64,000 nucleotides of DNA, from NCBI RefSeq assembly GCF_009914755.1, contig NC_060936.1; one strand, written 5' to 3'. Positions within the stretch are counted from its first letter, which is position 1; every line of letters starts with the position of its first letter. This document shows, one piece after another, positions 1-24,496 of the stretch. The translations under genes were made by a program, and so were the position numbers. This stretch comes from the human T2T-CHM13v2.0 reference genome, Homo sapiens. The notes beneath the pieces were generated by a model. It worked only from the letters and a program-made list of their open reading frames with translations, was not told where the DNA came from and searched no databases.

Positions 1-704
1 TGCTGGGATTACAGGTGTGAGCCACTGCACCCAGCCTGCTTCTTTCTTCATTCCTTCTTGCTCTGTGAAGCCAATGCCTTCTGCTCAGCTCATGATTCTG
101 TTTTGTGGAACAAAGTGTTACCTGTTTCTAGAATTGCAAATAAAGCCAATTGAGATTTTTTTTTTTTTTTTTTTTTGGCAGAGTCACACTCTGTTGCCCA
201 GGCTATAGTGTAGTGGTGAGATCTCAGCTCACTGCAACCTCCAACTCCTGGGTTCAAGGGATTCTTCCACCTCAGCCTGCCAAGTAGCTAGAACTACAGG
301 TGCACACCACCATGCCCGGCTAATTTTTGTATTTTTAGTAGAGACAGGATTTCACCATGTTGGCCAGGCTGGTATTGAACTCCTAACCTCAAGTGATTTA
401 CCCGCCTCAGCCTCCCAAAGTGCTGGGATTACAGGCATGAGCCACCGCACCCAGCCCAACTGAGATATTTAAACTAAACTTGTTGTAACTTTGTCTTTTG
501 ACAAGTCTAAGAATATCAGTAATTTTTTTGGCAACCAGTAGATAGCCCCTTCCCTTTTTTTAACTTCCCAAAAGGCAATTGAACCAAATCAAAATAATTT
601 ACCAAGATGTAATCTAAACACTTCCCTCATTCAGGTTTTCCCCAGTTATTAACTATGTTAACATAATTAGTGGCTATGCCAACTCATGATATGTTCTTTT
701 TTTA

Positions 705-893
<189 letters not shown>

Positions 894-1229
894 TTAATCA
901 GACTTTCTTAAGACTTTGACCTTTATGCACTTTTACCTTCCTTAATAACTCTTCAAAAGAGGCCTTGAAAAAAATGCAATGACTAGCAAGTTATGGGAGT
1001 ACTGGAATGCAATGACTGTTCAAAGGTTGGTTTCACCCATAGCCATGAGTGTCATAGTCCCAGGAAGATGGGTTGAATTCAGGGCCACTCTAGGAATTTT
1101 GCTTGCGGTTTCATAAGCATAGACTATTCCAGACTCCACATCCTTTTTACCTACAATGAGTCCCAAGGCAAACAGAACACTGTGAAGTGGGAGACCAGAA
1201 TTAATCTAGTTCTCGTCAGAGTATTCTAG

Positions 1230-1626
<397 letters not shown>

Positions 1627-2305
1627 GTCGTGGGAGCTTTTTAAAGGGTTTTCAGTCTTATGAATAGTCTCAGCAATATTGAAAGACTAATATATTAATA
1701 GTAATTATTGCTTCATGTTAATCAGCATTCCAAAGATAAGGGGTCAAAACAGGTTATTAATTATAAATATCTGTGGCTCCTCTGGCCTGGAAGTTTCTCT
1801 GAATCTGAGTGAATTAGAGTGTAATGAGTGTCCCCTTTGCCTTCCCTGCACTTAGTACATGTACCTACCAAGTATTGAGTACTGACCATTAAAATTGTAA
1901 TTCTCTTCTTTTCTTCTCATTTTTATTTTTTGTGATGCTATAACAATAAAGAAGAAAATCTAAGGCTTACATAATCTTACCACCTCAATGCAATTATCTC
2001 CATTTCCACTGATTTCCTTCCAGACTTTGTCCAGATGCATACAGGCTTTTACATAATTATCATCACAGTGTATGTGCTTCTTAATTTTACTTTTTCTCCA
2101 TTTATACCAACTTTCATTCAAATTGTTTCATAATCATCTTAATTACTACAGCTTCATATTCCTGTTAGTTGGTATGTGATAATTTACTTAGCTATTTATC
2201 TATCAGGAGACATGTAGGTTTTTTCCAAATTTTTTCCCTACTAAAGTTGAGACGAACTTTTCTGTTCTTATATATTCCTTGGATTATTTCTACGTAATAC
2301 ATTTA

Positions 2306-4199
<1,894 letters not shown>

Positions 4200-4778
4200 T
4201 TAAGCCGTCAAGTCTGTCAGTAGTTACCTAATATAAAGGTACTTGAGACACAGGTCAAAAGATAAATTTTCTTTTCCCACACACTGGCAAGAGTTTCTAA
4301 TAGATTGATCCTGTTTATACAATTTGCAGTGCCCTTAAAGAGTCTGTGCTTTTCAGGGTGCAAGCCTTAGAAGACTGTTCTCTGCCCTGAGTCTGAGTTT
4401 CTTCATTTAAGGTGCCATAGTGTCCAGCTTTTTAGAGGGCATTTAAATTTTGCCTCTTTTCTGAGTAGGTAACCCCTTACTCTGGAAGTCCTCCACTAAT
4501 TTTCTTATCTTCACCAGCTCTAGTTTTCTTCCTTCTTGTTCTCCCTAATTCTCTCTCATCTTCTGCTCTGCTCATCTTCAAACAAAAGTAAATGCTACTC
4601 AGCTGGGTACAGCGGCTCATGCCTGTAATCCCAGCACTTTGGGAGGCCAAGGCAGGCAGATCAATTGAGGTCAGGAGTTCGAGACCAGCCTGTCCAACAT
4701 GGTGAAACCCCGCCTCTACTATAAATACAAAAAAATGAGCCAGGTGTGGTGACAGACCCCTGTAATCCCAGCTGTTCA

Positions 4779-4907
<129 letters not shown>

Positions 4908-5108
4908 CTACTGGTGGGAATGGTTATTCATGCCTGTAATCCAGCTTTTTGGGAGGCAGAGGCAGGGGGATCGCTTGGGCCCAAGAGTTCGAGTGAGCTA
5001 TGATTGCGCCACTGCACTCCAGCCTGAGCAACAGAATAAGACCCCATGTCAAATAAACAAACAAAAACTGCCACAAAGATTATAAAATAATAATCACAAT
5101 CACAGTAA

Positions 5109-5527
<419 letters not shown>

Positions 5528-6442
5528 TAAGATAAAAGCTTGATTCACTAATTCATTCAAAAAAACTTTTTGAGGCCGGGCATGGTGGCTCAAGCCTATA
5601 ATCCCAGCACTTTGGGAGGCAGGAGGATGGCTTGAGGCCAGAAGTTGGAAATAAGCCTGGGCAACAGAGTCAGACCCCATCTCTACAAAAAAGCAGACAA
5701 CAACAACAAAAACAAAAACCTTTTGAACACCTATTATGGGTTAAGCATACTGATTCTCTCAGGTAGGACTCTGAGTATGCAGTATAGAAAACTAGCTCAA
5801 ATTGGATTAAGGCAAATGGGAATTTATTGGCTCGTGGAATGGAGGACCAGTTTCAGGAGAGGCCTAACTCAGGGCTCAACAATGTGAAGGGGAAATGGAT
5901 TTTTCTGTTTCTTGGCTGACTGCTCTTCTCTGTGTGCTGGTTTCTTTCTCAGGCTCCGAGCAGTTGGTCGAAGTAGCAGCTCTCGACTCAGCCTCTGAGG
6001 CTCAAGTTCAATGAGAGGGAGCGAGAGAGAAATCGTTCTAGGGAGCTGCAGCAAGACCTAGGATCCAACGAGTGGACCATCTTAGATGGCCCCATTTCTG
6101 AGGTGCCCATTTCTGAACCAGTCCCAGTGGCCAGGGGTATAAGCATGTTCTGATTGGCTTAGGCTTGGACACATGTTCCACCTCTAGAGCTGAGTTGGCT
6201 TTATCTGGAGTACAGGGACTGAAAGTGGGGAACAGAAGTCTCCCCAGAGCAAAATAGGAGTACTCTAAGATGTGGTTGCAAATCAGCACACCCCACCTAT
6301 CTCTGTTTGACTACTATTTATGCATTCTCAGCAGACATAAATGTGTTAAGAGTAGTAGATCGGCCGGGTGCAGTGGCTCACGCCTGTAATCCCAGCACTT
6401 TGGGAGGCCGAGGCAGGTGGATCACCTGAGGTCAGGAGTTCA

Positions 6443-6679
<237 letters not shown>

Positions 6680-6758
6680 CTAATACTCTATCCACACCCA
6701 CTCCCCTATTTAACCAGTGTGTCCCCTCTAAGAATCTTTATCCTCATGGTTCACATGG

Positions 6759-7121
6759 TGTATTAGTCTGTTCTCACACTGCTAATAAAGACATACCCGA
6801 GACCGGGTAATTTATAAAAGAAGTTTAATTGACTCACAGTTCTACATGACTAGGGAGGCCTCACAATCATGGCAGAAGGTGAATGAAGAGCAAAGTCAAG
6901 TCTTACACGGCAGCAGGCAAGAGAGTATGCCCAGGGGAACTCCCCTTTATAAAACCATCAGATCTTGTGAGACTTACTCACCACCACAAGAACAGTATGG
7001 GGGAAACCACCCCCATGGTTCAAGTATCTTCACCTGGCTCCACCCTTGACACGTGGGGCTTATTACAACTCGAGGTGAGATCTGGGTGGGACACACCATA
7101 TCACGTGGCCACACCATATCA
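6759..7121 (-). mobile_element. THE1-type MaLR solo LTR
   Basis: TGTATTAGTCTGTTCTCACACTGCTAATAAAGACATACCCGAGAC...ACCATATCA; 5-bp TSD CATGG at 6754-6758 and 7122-7126. Confidence 0.9.
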
Positions 7122-7693
7122 CATGGCTTTGGAACCCTTCAGGGTACTGGGTGCATGGATATGTGTAATGTTTTATTGCTTCTCTTTTGAGGTGCCACAA
7201 AATACCCTTCTCTGCTTGGAGACGCAGGCTCCAGGAAAAGGAAGGAGACCAACAGATGAGAAGTGACTTCTTTTCTTCCACTTCTAGGAAAATACATAAT
7301 TAGAACCTTCCAAGATGTAAGGAAAAAGGGCCAGATTTAGATTTCCAAATGTGGAGTGACAAGTATTTTACAAAATGAGGGAGTTGGATTAGATAACTCA
7401 CTAAAGGCCCTCCTAGTTATCGAAGGATTCTATTATTCACATCCTTTCTTTTAGAACAGCAGTGTTTGTTTTGGTTTCAATAAGGGGAGAGGGCATGGGC
7501 TCCTGAAGTGGCAGGGAGGAGGGGAAGAGATGGAGCAGCGCAGGCAGGGGCAAGCGGGGACTGTGAGACAAATAACACCCATTTCCCAGTTTTAGTTGTC
7601 AGGCGGCTGCTCTTCACTCCCCACTTGGATTTTGAGCATTTTCACAAATCTTCAGAATTAGTTCAAATCATCAACTCGTACTTGGTAGCTTTA

Positions 7694-8051
<358 letters not shown>

Positions 8052-8607
8052 TCAAAAAAAAAAAAAAAAAAAAAAAAAAAAGATGGTCATGGTCATCCCA
8101 GGGTGGGGGCAGGCTTGAGGACTCTGCGGTGGTCTCTCAGGATCTACTCCAGATCCAGGCTGGCTTCCAGAAATACTGCAAGTGGTAAGAATGCCAAGAT
8201 TTCCCAGCTCTGTTGCAGAATGAATTAGTGGCCCTCAAGTGAAGTCACTGCAGAACAAAAGGCTATAAAAAGAGAGAAAAGAATGAGGGGGAGATGTTAT
8301 AGGTGCAAACTGGCATGGAAAGCCCTGCAACGCAAGCAAGCAAGATGTTTGAATTCTCCCAAGAGAGGCAGACAAAGCAACACAGGAAAACATTTAGACA
8401 TCCATGAAGGCAGAGAGAATCCTGAAGCGGAAGTCTGTCAGTGAGCAGCATTTCAATGCTGAGCCAAAGACAGGGAATTGGCCAAAGCACCAGGAAAGAG
8501 AGCTGCAGGCCCTCAGTAGCTGCTCAACCAATATGGGTTGAACGAAGTCTGGTTTCAGCATTTGTGCTGATGTTGCCTCATTTTACGTTTTTTAGTTTTT
8601 GTTTTGA

Positions 8608-8775
<168 letters not shown>

Positions 8776-9155
8776 TAGTAGAGACGGGGTTTTACCACGT
8801 TGGCCAGGCTGGTCTTGAACTCCTGACCTCAGGTGATCCAGCCGCCTCGGCCTCCCAAAGTGCTAGGATTACAGGTATGAGCCACCGCGCCTGGCCCATT
8901 TTACATTTTATTTCTCATTGATCACTTGCAGGTCAGAGAGTCACACAAGCTACAGTCCCAAGCACCTATGTTCTAAACAGTGCAGCTTGGCAAGGGAGTC
9001 ACAAATAAACATGCCCCTTTCCCCAGTTTCCTCTTCCAAATAGTCCTGACCCTCTATGTAAGGACCCAGAAGTGCCTCAAGTCGTGTTAAAGCCTACATT
9101 TCACTCTTTTATCTGAAATACAATTTGAGAAATAGGAAATGCATGATTTGTAACC

Positions 9156-10361
<1,206 letters not shown>

Positions 10362-11120
10362 AACCAGAAATGGAAGACAACCCATCAGCTCGTCTTCTGA
10401 GCTCCTTCTAGCGCCAGGAATTCCATAGAAACCACATATTGTTTGATTCCTCAGCCCCCAGATGGGTTGCCAGAGTGCAGTGGGACTTGCCAAGAGAATG
10501 TGACCTCTGACAAACAATGATATGGGTAGAGAGCCTAAGTTAAATGCTTATCATGTGCTAGGTACTATTTTATGTGTTTTATGTTTGTTATCACATTTAA
10601 TTTTCCCAATTTCCATAAGAGGAAAGTATTATTTTTAGCCCTGTCTTATAAGACAGGAAACAGAGGCTCTCAGTTAAATTAGTCAAGGTCACACAGCCAG
10701 TGAGTGACAGAGCTGGGACGCAAATGCAGGTCAGTCTGAGGCCATGGTTGGGCTTGTAATCACCATGCTATGGGCTTTCCTAAGAGGCGGCTTCTTGGAA
10801 ATGCTCCTTTCGGTGTCTGGTATCTCTGGATAGAAGCGTGTGAAAAAGAAACTGTCAGCTGGGAATTAGCCAAGCACAACAGCCAGAGTATGGTGTCCAC
10901 CTGCCGAACACTGAGGGAAACCAAAATATTTCTCCCCAAAATATTGAGGATTGTTAGTTGAAGACACTAAACCGCAGGGGACCGCTGTGCCTCAGCCTCT
11001 GTGTGCCTGATGGCGGGGCATAAATCCTTCCTTATTGGAGACAGCACTTGCTTTTTGGCCCAGAGAAGGCACCAGCAGGCACCAGCGGAAACTGGGAACA
11101 GATTTTACTCTCTTCCCACA

Positions 11121-11167
11121 TGTATTAGTCAGGATTCTCTTAGAGGGACAGAACTAATAGGAAAGAT

Positions 11168-11217
<50 letters not shown>

Positions 11218-11656
11218 GCATACATACATACATACATACGTAGATAGATACATAGATACATGGATAGATAGAGATAAAGGGAAGTTTATTAAGTATTAAG
11301 TTACACAGTCACAAACTCCCACAATAGGCTGTCTGCAAGCTGAGGAGCAAGGAGAGCCAGTCCAAGTCCCAAAAATGAAGAACTTGGAGTCTGATGTTCA
11401 AAGGCAGGAAGCATCCAGCACGGAAGAAAGATGTAGGCTGGGAGGCCAGGCCTGTCACACCTCTTCATGGTTTCTGCCTGCTTTATATTCATTGGCAGCT
11501 GATTAGATTGTGCCCACTAGATTAAGGGTGGATCTGCCTTCCCCAGCCCAGACTCAAATGTTAATCTCTTTTGGCAACACCTACACGGACACACCCAGGA
11601 TCAATACTTTGTATCCTTCAATCCAAGCAAGTTGACACTCAGTATTAACCATCACA
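11121..11656 (-). mobile_element. MLT2A (HERV-L LTR, MLT2A1-like)
   Basis: TGTATTAGTCAGGATTCTC...AAGTTGACACTCAGTATTAACCATCACA; 5-bp TSD CCACA at 11116-11120 and 11657-11661. Confidence 0.9.
11165..11276. repeat. Compound tetranucleotide microsatellite (GATA)n/(CATA)n inside MLT2A
   Basis: Directly visible tandem TAGA and TACA runs. Confidence 0.97.
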
Positions 11657-13369
11657 CCACATTTTTCCGCCTTTGAAAAGACTGGAACTGCTCTCTCTTT
11701 CATCTTGTCACTATGTAGGATTTATGGCTCTTTGTTAAACTATGATTTAAGCAAAGCCCCTAAGCCACTGCCTTGAGAGAGAAATACTTTTGAACTGAGG
11801 CCTCTCCCGTGTGATGGGTACTGCATGCATTAATAAATTTCTGCTTTTATTTTTTTGTTGTTAATCTAACTTTTGTTTTCAGGAGAGTATCTCAACTAAA
11901 AACCTAAAAAAGAAAAGGAAAAAATATGTTTTCTCCCCCACAATGTGCACCTGCCAAACAGACCATTTCACAGCAAAGCAATGCGTAACACAATGGAGTG
12001 AAACAAAGAAGAGACCAGTGTGTAATCATGCCCATGCCCTCAGCACAGACAGAAACAAGTGCACGTACTGTGTAAACTACAGAAGCGACCAAACACCTCC
12101 CTTTCCTGGCTACTATAAGCAGCTGAGGCTTCTTTATCAATGAGGTTTTGAGTGGGGCTTGGTTCCTGCCACTTTCTAAATAAAAATCATTAAGATACTC
12201 AATCACCAAATTGCCCACACTATCTGACTGCACCCAGTCCAGAGCAGGCCTCGCTCGGCTGAGCCCTTCCCCAAGTCATCTAACATAAACTCAAATCCTA
12301 CTATAAGCCCCTCCTAATGGCCTCTTACCTAGACCACACTTCCCTAGGGTGTGTAAACCCAAATCATAAAGCTGACTCTCGCTGCAGATGAACCAAGGGA
12401 CTGGTGAGCTTCAACACAAGCTTGGCCCCATCTGCGCGCCTGAACGCAATGCTTTCCCATGCGTCTCCCCGTGGATACATCCCGTAATGGAGGGTGCTCT
12501 GACTTCAGCTGGTTCGGGAAAGGCCACTCCTGGGATTGCTTCCTCTTTTCTGCCCAGCATTTCTTCTTCTTCTTCTTTTTTTTTTTTTTTGAGACGGAGC
12601 CTCACTCTGTCGCCCACGCTGGAGTGCAGTGGCGCGATCTCAGCTCACTGCAACCTCTGCCTCCCGGGTTCAAGATTCTCCTACCTCAGCCTCCCGAGTA
12701 GCTGGGACTACAGGCATGTGCCACCACACCCGGCTAGTTTTTTGTATTTAGTAGACATGGGGTTTCACCATGTTGGTCAGGCTGGTCTCAAACTCCTGAC
12801 CTCAGGTGATCCACCTGCCTCGGCCTCCCAAACTGCTGAGATTATAGGTGTGAGCCACCACACCCAGCCTTCTTCTTTCTTCTTTACTCTCCCAACTCCT
12901 CCACTGCAACTCCCATTCTACAGAGAAGGCATTATCTCCTTTGGGCTAATGTTTTACCATACTGAAAAGACCTCTCTAAGTTAGTCCTCTTCACCTCAGT
13001 TTCCCAGCTGGGAAAGCTCAAGCCCAGGCATTGTAGGTCCCTGTGGCTTTACGTACACCTGAAAGTGGCAGGGACGGGTCAGCAGAGACCCTGATCCTAC
13101 CATTAGGTTCTGAATGGGAAAAGGAACTACAGAAGCATCTCCACCAAAGCTCTTCTTCCCAAAGTTTACTTCTGTATTGTTTAGGCCTTGGAGGTAAAGG
13201 ATAAAATTGTCCAGACAGTTAAATTATTTTCTTCAGGTGGCTGAGGTAGGAGGATAGCTTGAGTCCAGGAAGTCAAGGCTGCCATGAGCTATGATTGCAC
13301 CACTGCCCTCCAGCCTGGGAGACAAAGCAAGACTCTTTCTCTAAAAACAGAGGAAAAAAAAAAAAAAAA

Positions 13370-13708
13370 AGGAACGAGATTGTGTCCTTTGCAGGGACAT
13401 GGATGGAGTTGGAAGCTGTTATCCTCAGCAAACTAACACAGGAACAGAAAACCAAACACCGTATATTCTCGATTATAAGCGAGAGCTGTACGATGAGAAC
13501 ACATGGACACATGGGGGAAACAACACACTGGGGCCTGTCGGGGGATGGGAGGAGGGAGAGCATCAGGGAGAATAGCTAATGGATGCTGGGCTTCATACCT
13601 AGGTGATGGGATGATCTGTGCAGGAAAGCAACATGGCACACATTTACCTATGTAACAAACCTGCACATCCTGCACATGTACCCCAGAACTTTAAAGTCGA
13701 AAAAAAAG
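13370..13708 (+). mobile_element. L1P 3' end
   Basis: TCCTTTGCAGGGACATGGATGGAG...CTCAGCAAACTAACACAGGAACAGAAAACC...TGTAACAAACCTGCAC, followed by an A-tail. Confidence 0.9.
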
Positions 13709-13772
13709 AGGCCGGGCGTGGCTGTTCAGACCTGTAATCCTAGCACTTTGGGAGGCCAAGGAGGGCAGATCA

Positions 13773-14065
<293 letters not shown>

Positions 14066-14094
14066 TCAGTCCATAGCAAGTAGTACAGTGGTTT

Positions 14095-14360
14095 TTAAAA
14101 ATTTTTATTTTTAATTCAAATGTAATAATTGTACATATTTATAGGGTACAATGTGATGTTTTGATACATGTATATATTGCGTAATGACAAAATCAGGGTA
14201 ACTAGTACACTCACCACCTCAAAGATTAATTTTTTTTTGTGGTGGGAACATACAAAATCCTCTCCTCTAGCTATTTTGAGATATACAATACCTTATTGTT
14301 GGCTACAGCCACCCTACTGTGCAATGGGATGTGAGAATTTATTCTTCCTTGTTAATTTTA
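14095..14360 (-). mobile_element. L1M 3' end fragment
   Basis: TTGTACATATTTATAGGGTACAATGTGATGTTTTGATACATGTATA, typical of an antisense L1MA 3'UTR. Confidence 0.75.
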
Positions 14361-14366
14361 ACTTTA

Positions 14367-14861
<495 letters not shown>

Positions 14862-15273
14862 CTACAGCAGACTAAAGACAATAATCAGGCCGGGTGTGGT
14901 GGCTCACACCTGTAATCCCAGCACTTCAGCACTTTAGGAGGCCAAGACCAGCAGATTGCTTGAGCTCAGGAGTTCCAGACCAGCCTGGGCAACATGGCAA
15001 AACCCTATCTCTACAAAAAAAACAAAAATTAGCTAGGCATGCTGATGTGCGCCTATAATGCCAGTTACTTTGGAGGCTGAAGTGGGAGGGAGGTGGAGAC
15101 CATAGGGAGCAGAGATCACGCCACTACACTCCAGCTTGGGTGACAGAGTGAGACCATGTCTCAAAAAAAAAAAAAAAAAATGCAATGACCACCAAAAACT
15201 ACTCTCTGCAGTAACATGGCAATGAAAATAGATGCCATTGTTATGTACTTTAACTTCTACTATGATTATTTGA

Positions 15274-15498
<225 letters not shown>

Positions 15499-15501
15499 TG
15501 A

Positions 15502-15925
<424 letters not shown>

Positions 15926-16496
15926 TGAAAGTCCACAGTTGTTGGGCTGCATCTGGTGAGGGCCTTCTTACCGCAGCATAACATGACAGAGAGCATGACA
16001 GGGCAAGAGGCCATTTTCTTGTCTGAGAGTTTGATTTAGTCCAGAATCTGACCCCATCTTGACATAAACACCACTGGCTCAGATAAATATTAAGTGCAAC
16101 AGTTTACCTAATTTAGTTATTTATTTGTATTCTTTTATTTTTATTTTATTTATTGAGAGGGGTTTTGTCATGTTGCCCATGCTGGTCTTGAACTCCTGGA
16201 CTCAAGCGATCCTCTCACTTTGGCCTCCCAAAGTGCTGCGATCATAGGCTTGAACTACTGCGTCCAGCTAGTTTATCTAATTTAAAGACATCAAAATCTA
16301 AAGTCAGATTCTTACTTAGATTTGGTGTTTCAGATTTCAAAGAGATGAGATGTCACCAGATAAAAACTACTAGGTGGTAACCAGGCGTGGTGGCTCACGC
16401 CGTAATCCCAGCACTTTGGGAGGCTGAGGCGGGCGGATCACGAGGTCAGGAGTTCAAGACCAGCCTGGCCAACATGGTGAAACCCCGTCTGTACTA

Positions 16497-16652
<156 letters not shown>

Positions 16653-17341
16653 CTATCTCAAAAAAAAAAAAAAAAAAAAAAAAAACGACCAGGTGGCTCA
16701 CGCCTGTAATCCCAGCACTTCGGGAGGCCAAGGTGGACCGATTGCTTGAGCTCGGAAGTTCAAGATCAGCCTGGGCTACATAGTGAAACCCTGTCTCTAA
16801 AACAAACAAACAAACAAAAAACAAACAAACAAAGCTTAGCTGGGCGTGATGGCGCATGCCTTTAGCCCCAGCTACTCAAGAGGCTGAGGAGGAAGGATCA
16901 CTTGAGCCTGGGAGGCAGAGGCTTCAGTGAGCTATGATCGTGCCACTGTACCCCAGCCTGGGTGAGAGAGTCCCTACCTCAAAAAAATAAAACCAAAAAA
17001 CTACTGGGGCCACGTCAGAACTAAAAGAGTTCTGCAGGCCCTTCAGAGAAAGGAGAAGTGAGAGTCAATTAACCTCAAGATTACATTTAAAAGCATTTTC
17101 CTCTTTAGTATAGAGGTGTGTTAAAAAAAAAAAAAAAGCATTTATACGAGGTATGTTAGTGAAACAGCAAAAACCTAATTATATCCTAAATAACTGGCAC
17201 GCTCTAGGTTACAAATAGCAATTTGTAAAAGACCCATTGAATGAACACATTAAACAGCAGGTTGCTTATTCCTTCTCAAACCGCACTAAAAAATTCCTCT
17301 CTCGCATGTGTAGGTCCCAGAGCCAGACAGTTATGAGATGA

Positions 17342-17360
17342 TGGTGCCCCCTGGTGGCCA
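17342..17360 (-). promoter_or_regulatory. CTCF core motif
   Basis: Reverse complement reads TGGCCACCAGGGGGCACCA, a full match to the degenerate CTCF consensus, in non-repeat DNA. Confidence 0.75.
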
Positions 17361-18259
17361 ATGTGGGGAGCCACCCGGCCAGGCGTGCTTCCTGGCTTTG
17401 TGCCAGCCATGCCTTTATTCTTTGGTTGGTTGGTTGGTTGGTTGGTTAGTTGGTTGGTTGGTTGGCTGGTTGAGACAGAGTCTTGCTCTGTCGCCCAGGC
17501 TGGAGTGCAGTGGCGATTTCGGCTCACTGCAACCTCCGTCTCCGAGGTTCAAGCAATTCTCCTGCCTCAGCCTCCGGAGTAGGTAGGACTACAGGCGCCC
17601 ACCATCAAGCCCGGCTAATTTTTGTATTTTTGGTAGAGACGAGGTTTCACCATATTGGCCAGGCTGGTCTTGAACTCCAGACTTCAAGTGATCCACCCGC
17701 CTCAGCCTCCCAAAGGGCTGGGATTACAGGCATGGGCCACCGTGCCCGGCCAGACCATGACTTTACTTTTGCACATATGCACAGTATTTCTGAAAATCAA
17801 GTGAAAAAGTTGGATTTATATACTCTATGTGAGTTTACATGTTATGGGGATTTCCATTTCCAGAGAATTAAAATGGATAATCAAATGTTTAATTTCATTT
17901 CACAATTTTCAAATATTTCTTTCCTTCCCTCCCTCCTTCCTCTTTCTTTTTTCTCTTCCTTTTTTTTTTTTTCTTAGACAGAGTCTCACTCTGTCGCCCC
18001 AGCTGGAGCTCAGTGGTGCAATCTCGGCTCACTGCAACCTCTGCCTCTCGGGTTCAAGTGATTCTCCTGCCTCAGCCTCCTGAATAGCTGGGACTACAGG
18101 CCTGTGCCACCATGCCCAGCTAATTTTTGTATTTTTAGTAGAGACAGGGTTTCACTATGTTGGCCAGGCTGGTCTTGAACTTCTGACCTCAGGTGATCCA
18201 CCCATCTCAGCCTCCCAGAGTGCTAGGATTACAGGCGTGAGCCACTGTGCCGGGGCAGT

Positions 18260-22553
<4,294 letters not shown>

Positions 22554-23623
22554 CGATCATTGAAGGTATAGAGGTCCCGGACTGCTGGGAATATTTTATA
22601 TTTCCTTTTGAAGACTCTCCATCCTGCCCTTATTTCTTAAAGCTGAGTTAATTCCATTGCACATAATTTATTTCTCCCTCCTGTATACATATCTTCCTTT
22701 TGTCCTCTTCTGTCGCTTTTAATACCGTGTGGAGGTGCAAAACCCCTTCTAGTAATGGCTGGGGAAAAAAAGTCATTTAAGTCCCAGGGTGAAATAAGAC
22801 TTTCTAAAAAAAATACTTGAGTCTCAACCTCTAAAACCTTTCAAGCACCCCGATATTTCTTTTCATCTTGTCACAAATTTTTATATTCCTCTTCATCCTG
22901 TTAAAATCTACCCTGTTTTTCTTAAATTACCAACTTTCAAGGTAAATAAAATGCTGCTGGTTCTCTTTTTATCAGGGTGCCATTTAATTTTCGGTTATTA
23001 CAATAGAATGGTCTTAAATTTGTCTTTAAACTGAAAACATGCAACTCTCAAGTGATAACACGGCTTAGAGAACCTTTTGTTTGAGAGCCTGGAAACTAAG
23101 TGTCTCCATTACAATGTTTCCGACTCCCAAAATAACCAAGAGATGAGGTATCCTTGTGCCACCTTTATAAAACTCTTGGTTGTTACGTCTCATGCAGAGA
23201 CACAATATTTGTTGATAGTTTAAATAATAATTATTATTAATATTAATAGAACATTTTCTATGTTCCAGGCCTTGCTTTAAGAAGTTTATAGGCATTGACT
23301 CATTTAATACTCACCACAACCTATGAAGTAGGTACTTCTTGTTCTCTCATTTTTCAATTTTATTTTGTTTTGTACTTTTAGTAGAGATGGGGTGTCGCCA
23401 TGTTGCCCAGGCTGGTCTCGAACTCTTGAGCTCAAGCAATACACCCACCTCGGCCTCCCAAAGTGCTGGGATTACAGGTGTGAGCCACCGTGCCCAGCCT
23501 TGTTCTCTCATCTTATAGACAAATTCACCGAAGCACAGAGAGGTTACGGCACTTAATCAAGCTCACAGAGCTAGTAAGTGGTGGAACAGATTGACTTTAG
23601 AGCCACTCTGTTCTGCCCTTTAA

Positions 23624-24496
<873 letters not shown>

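Larger units (their letters stand above)
10912..11942 (+). mobile_element. ERV1 LTR (MER34-group-like) interrupted by MLT2A
   Basis: Start TGAGGGAAACCAAAATATTTCTCCCCAAAATAT; AATAAA near 11833; end TTTTCTCCCCCACA. Confidence 0.65.
10840..12400 (+). mobile_element. MER21/MER77-like LTR relic, outer host of a nested LTR stack
   Basis: 12200-12390 resembles the MER21-type block CACCCAGTCCAGAGCA...CTAACATAAACTCAAATCCTACTATAAG; boundaries approximate. Confidence 0.5.

Noticed and set aside
17422-17470. (TTGG)n repeat
   Set aside because: An ordinary Alu tail-derived microsatellite.
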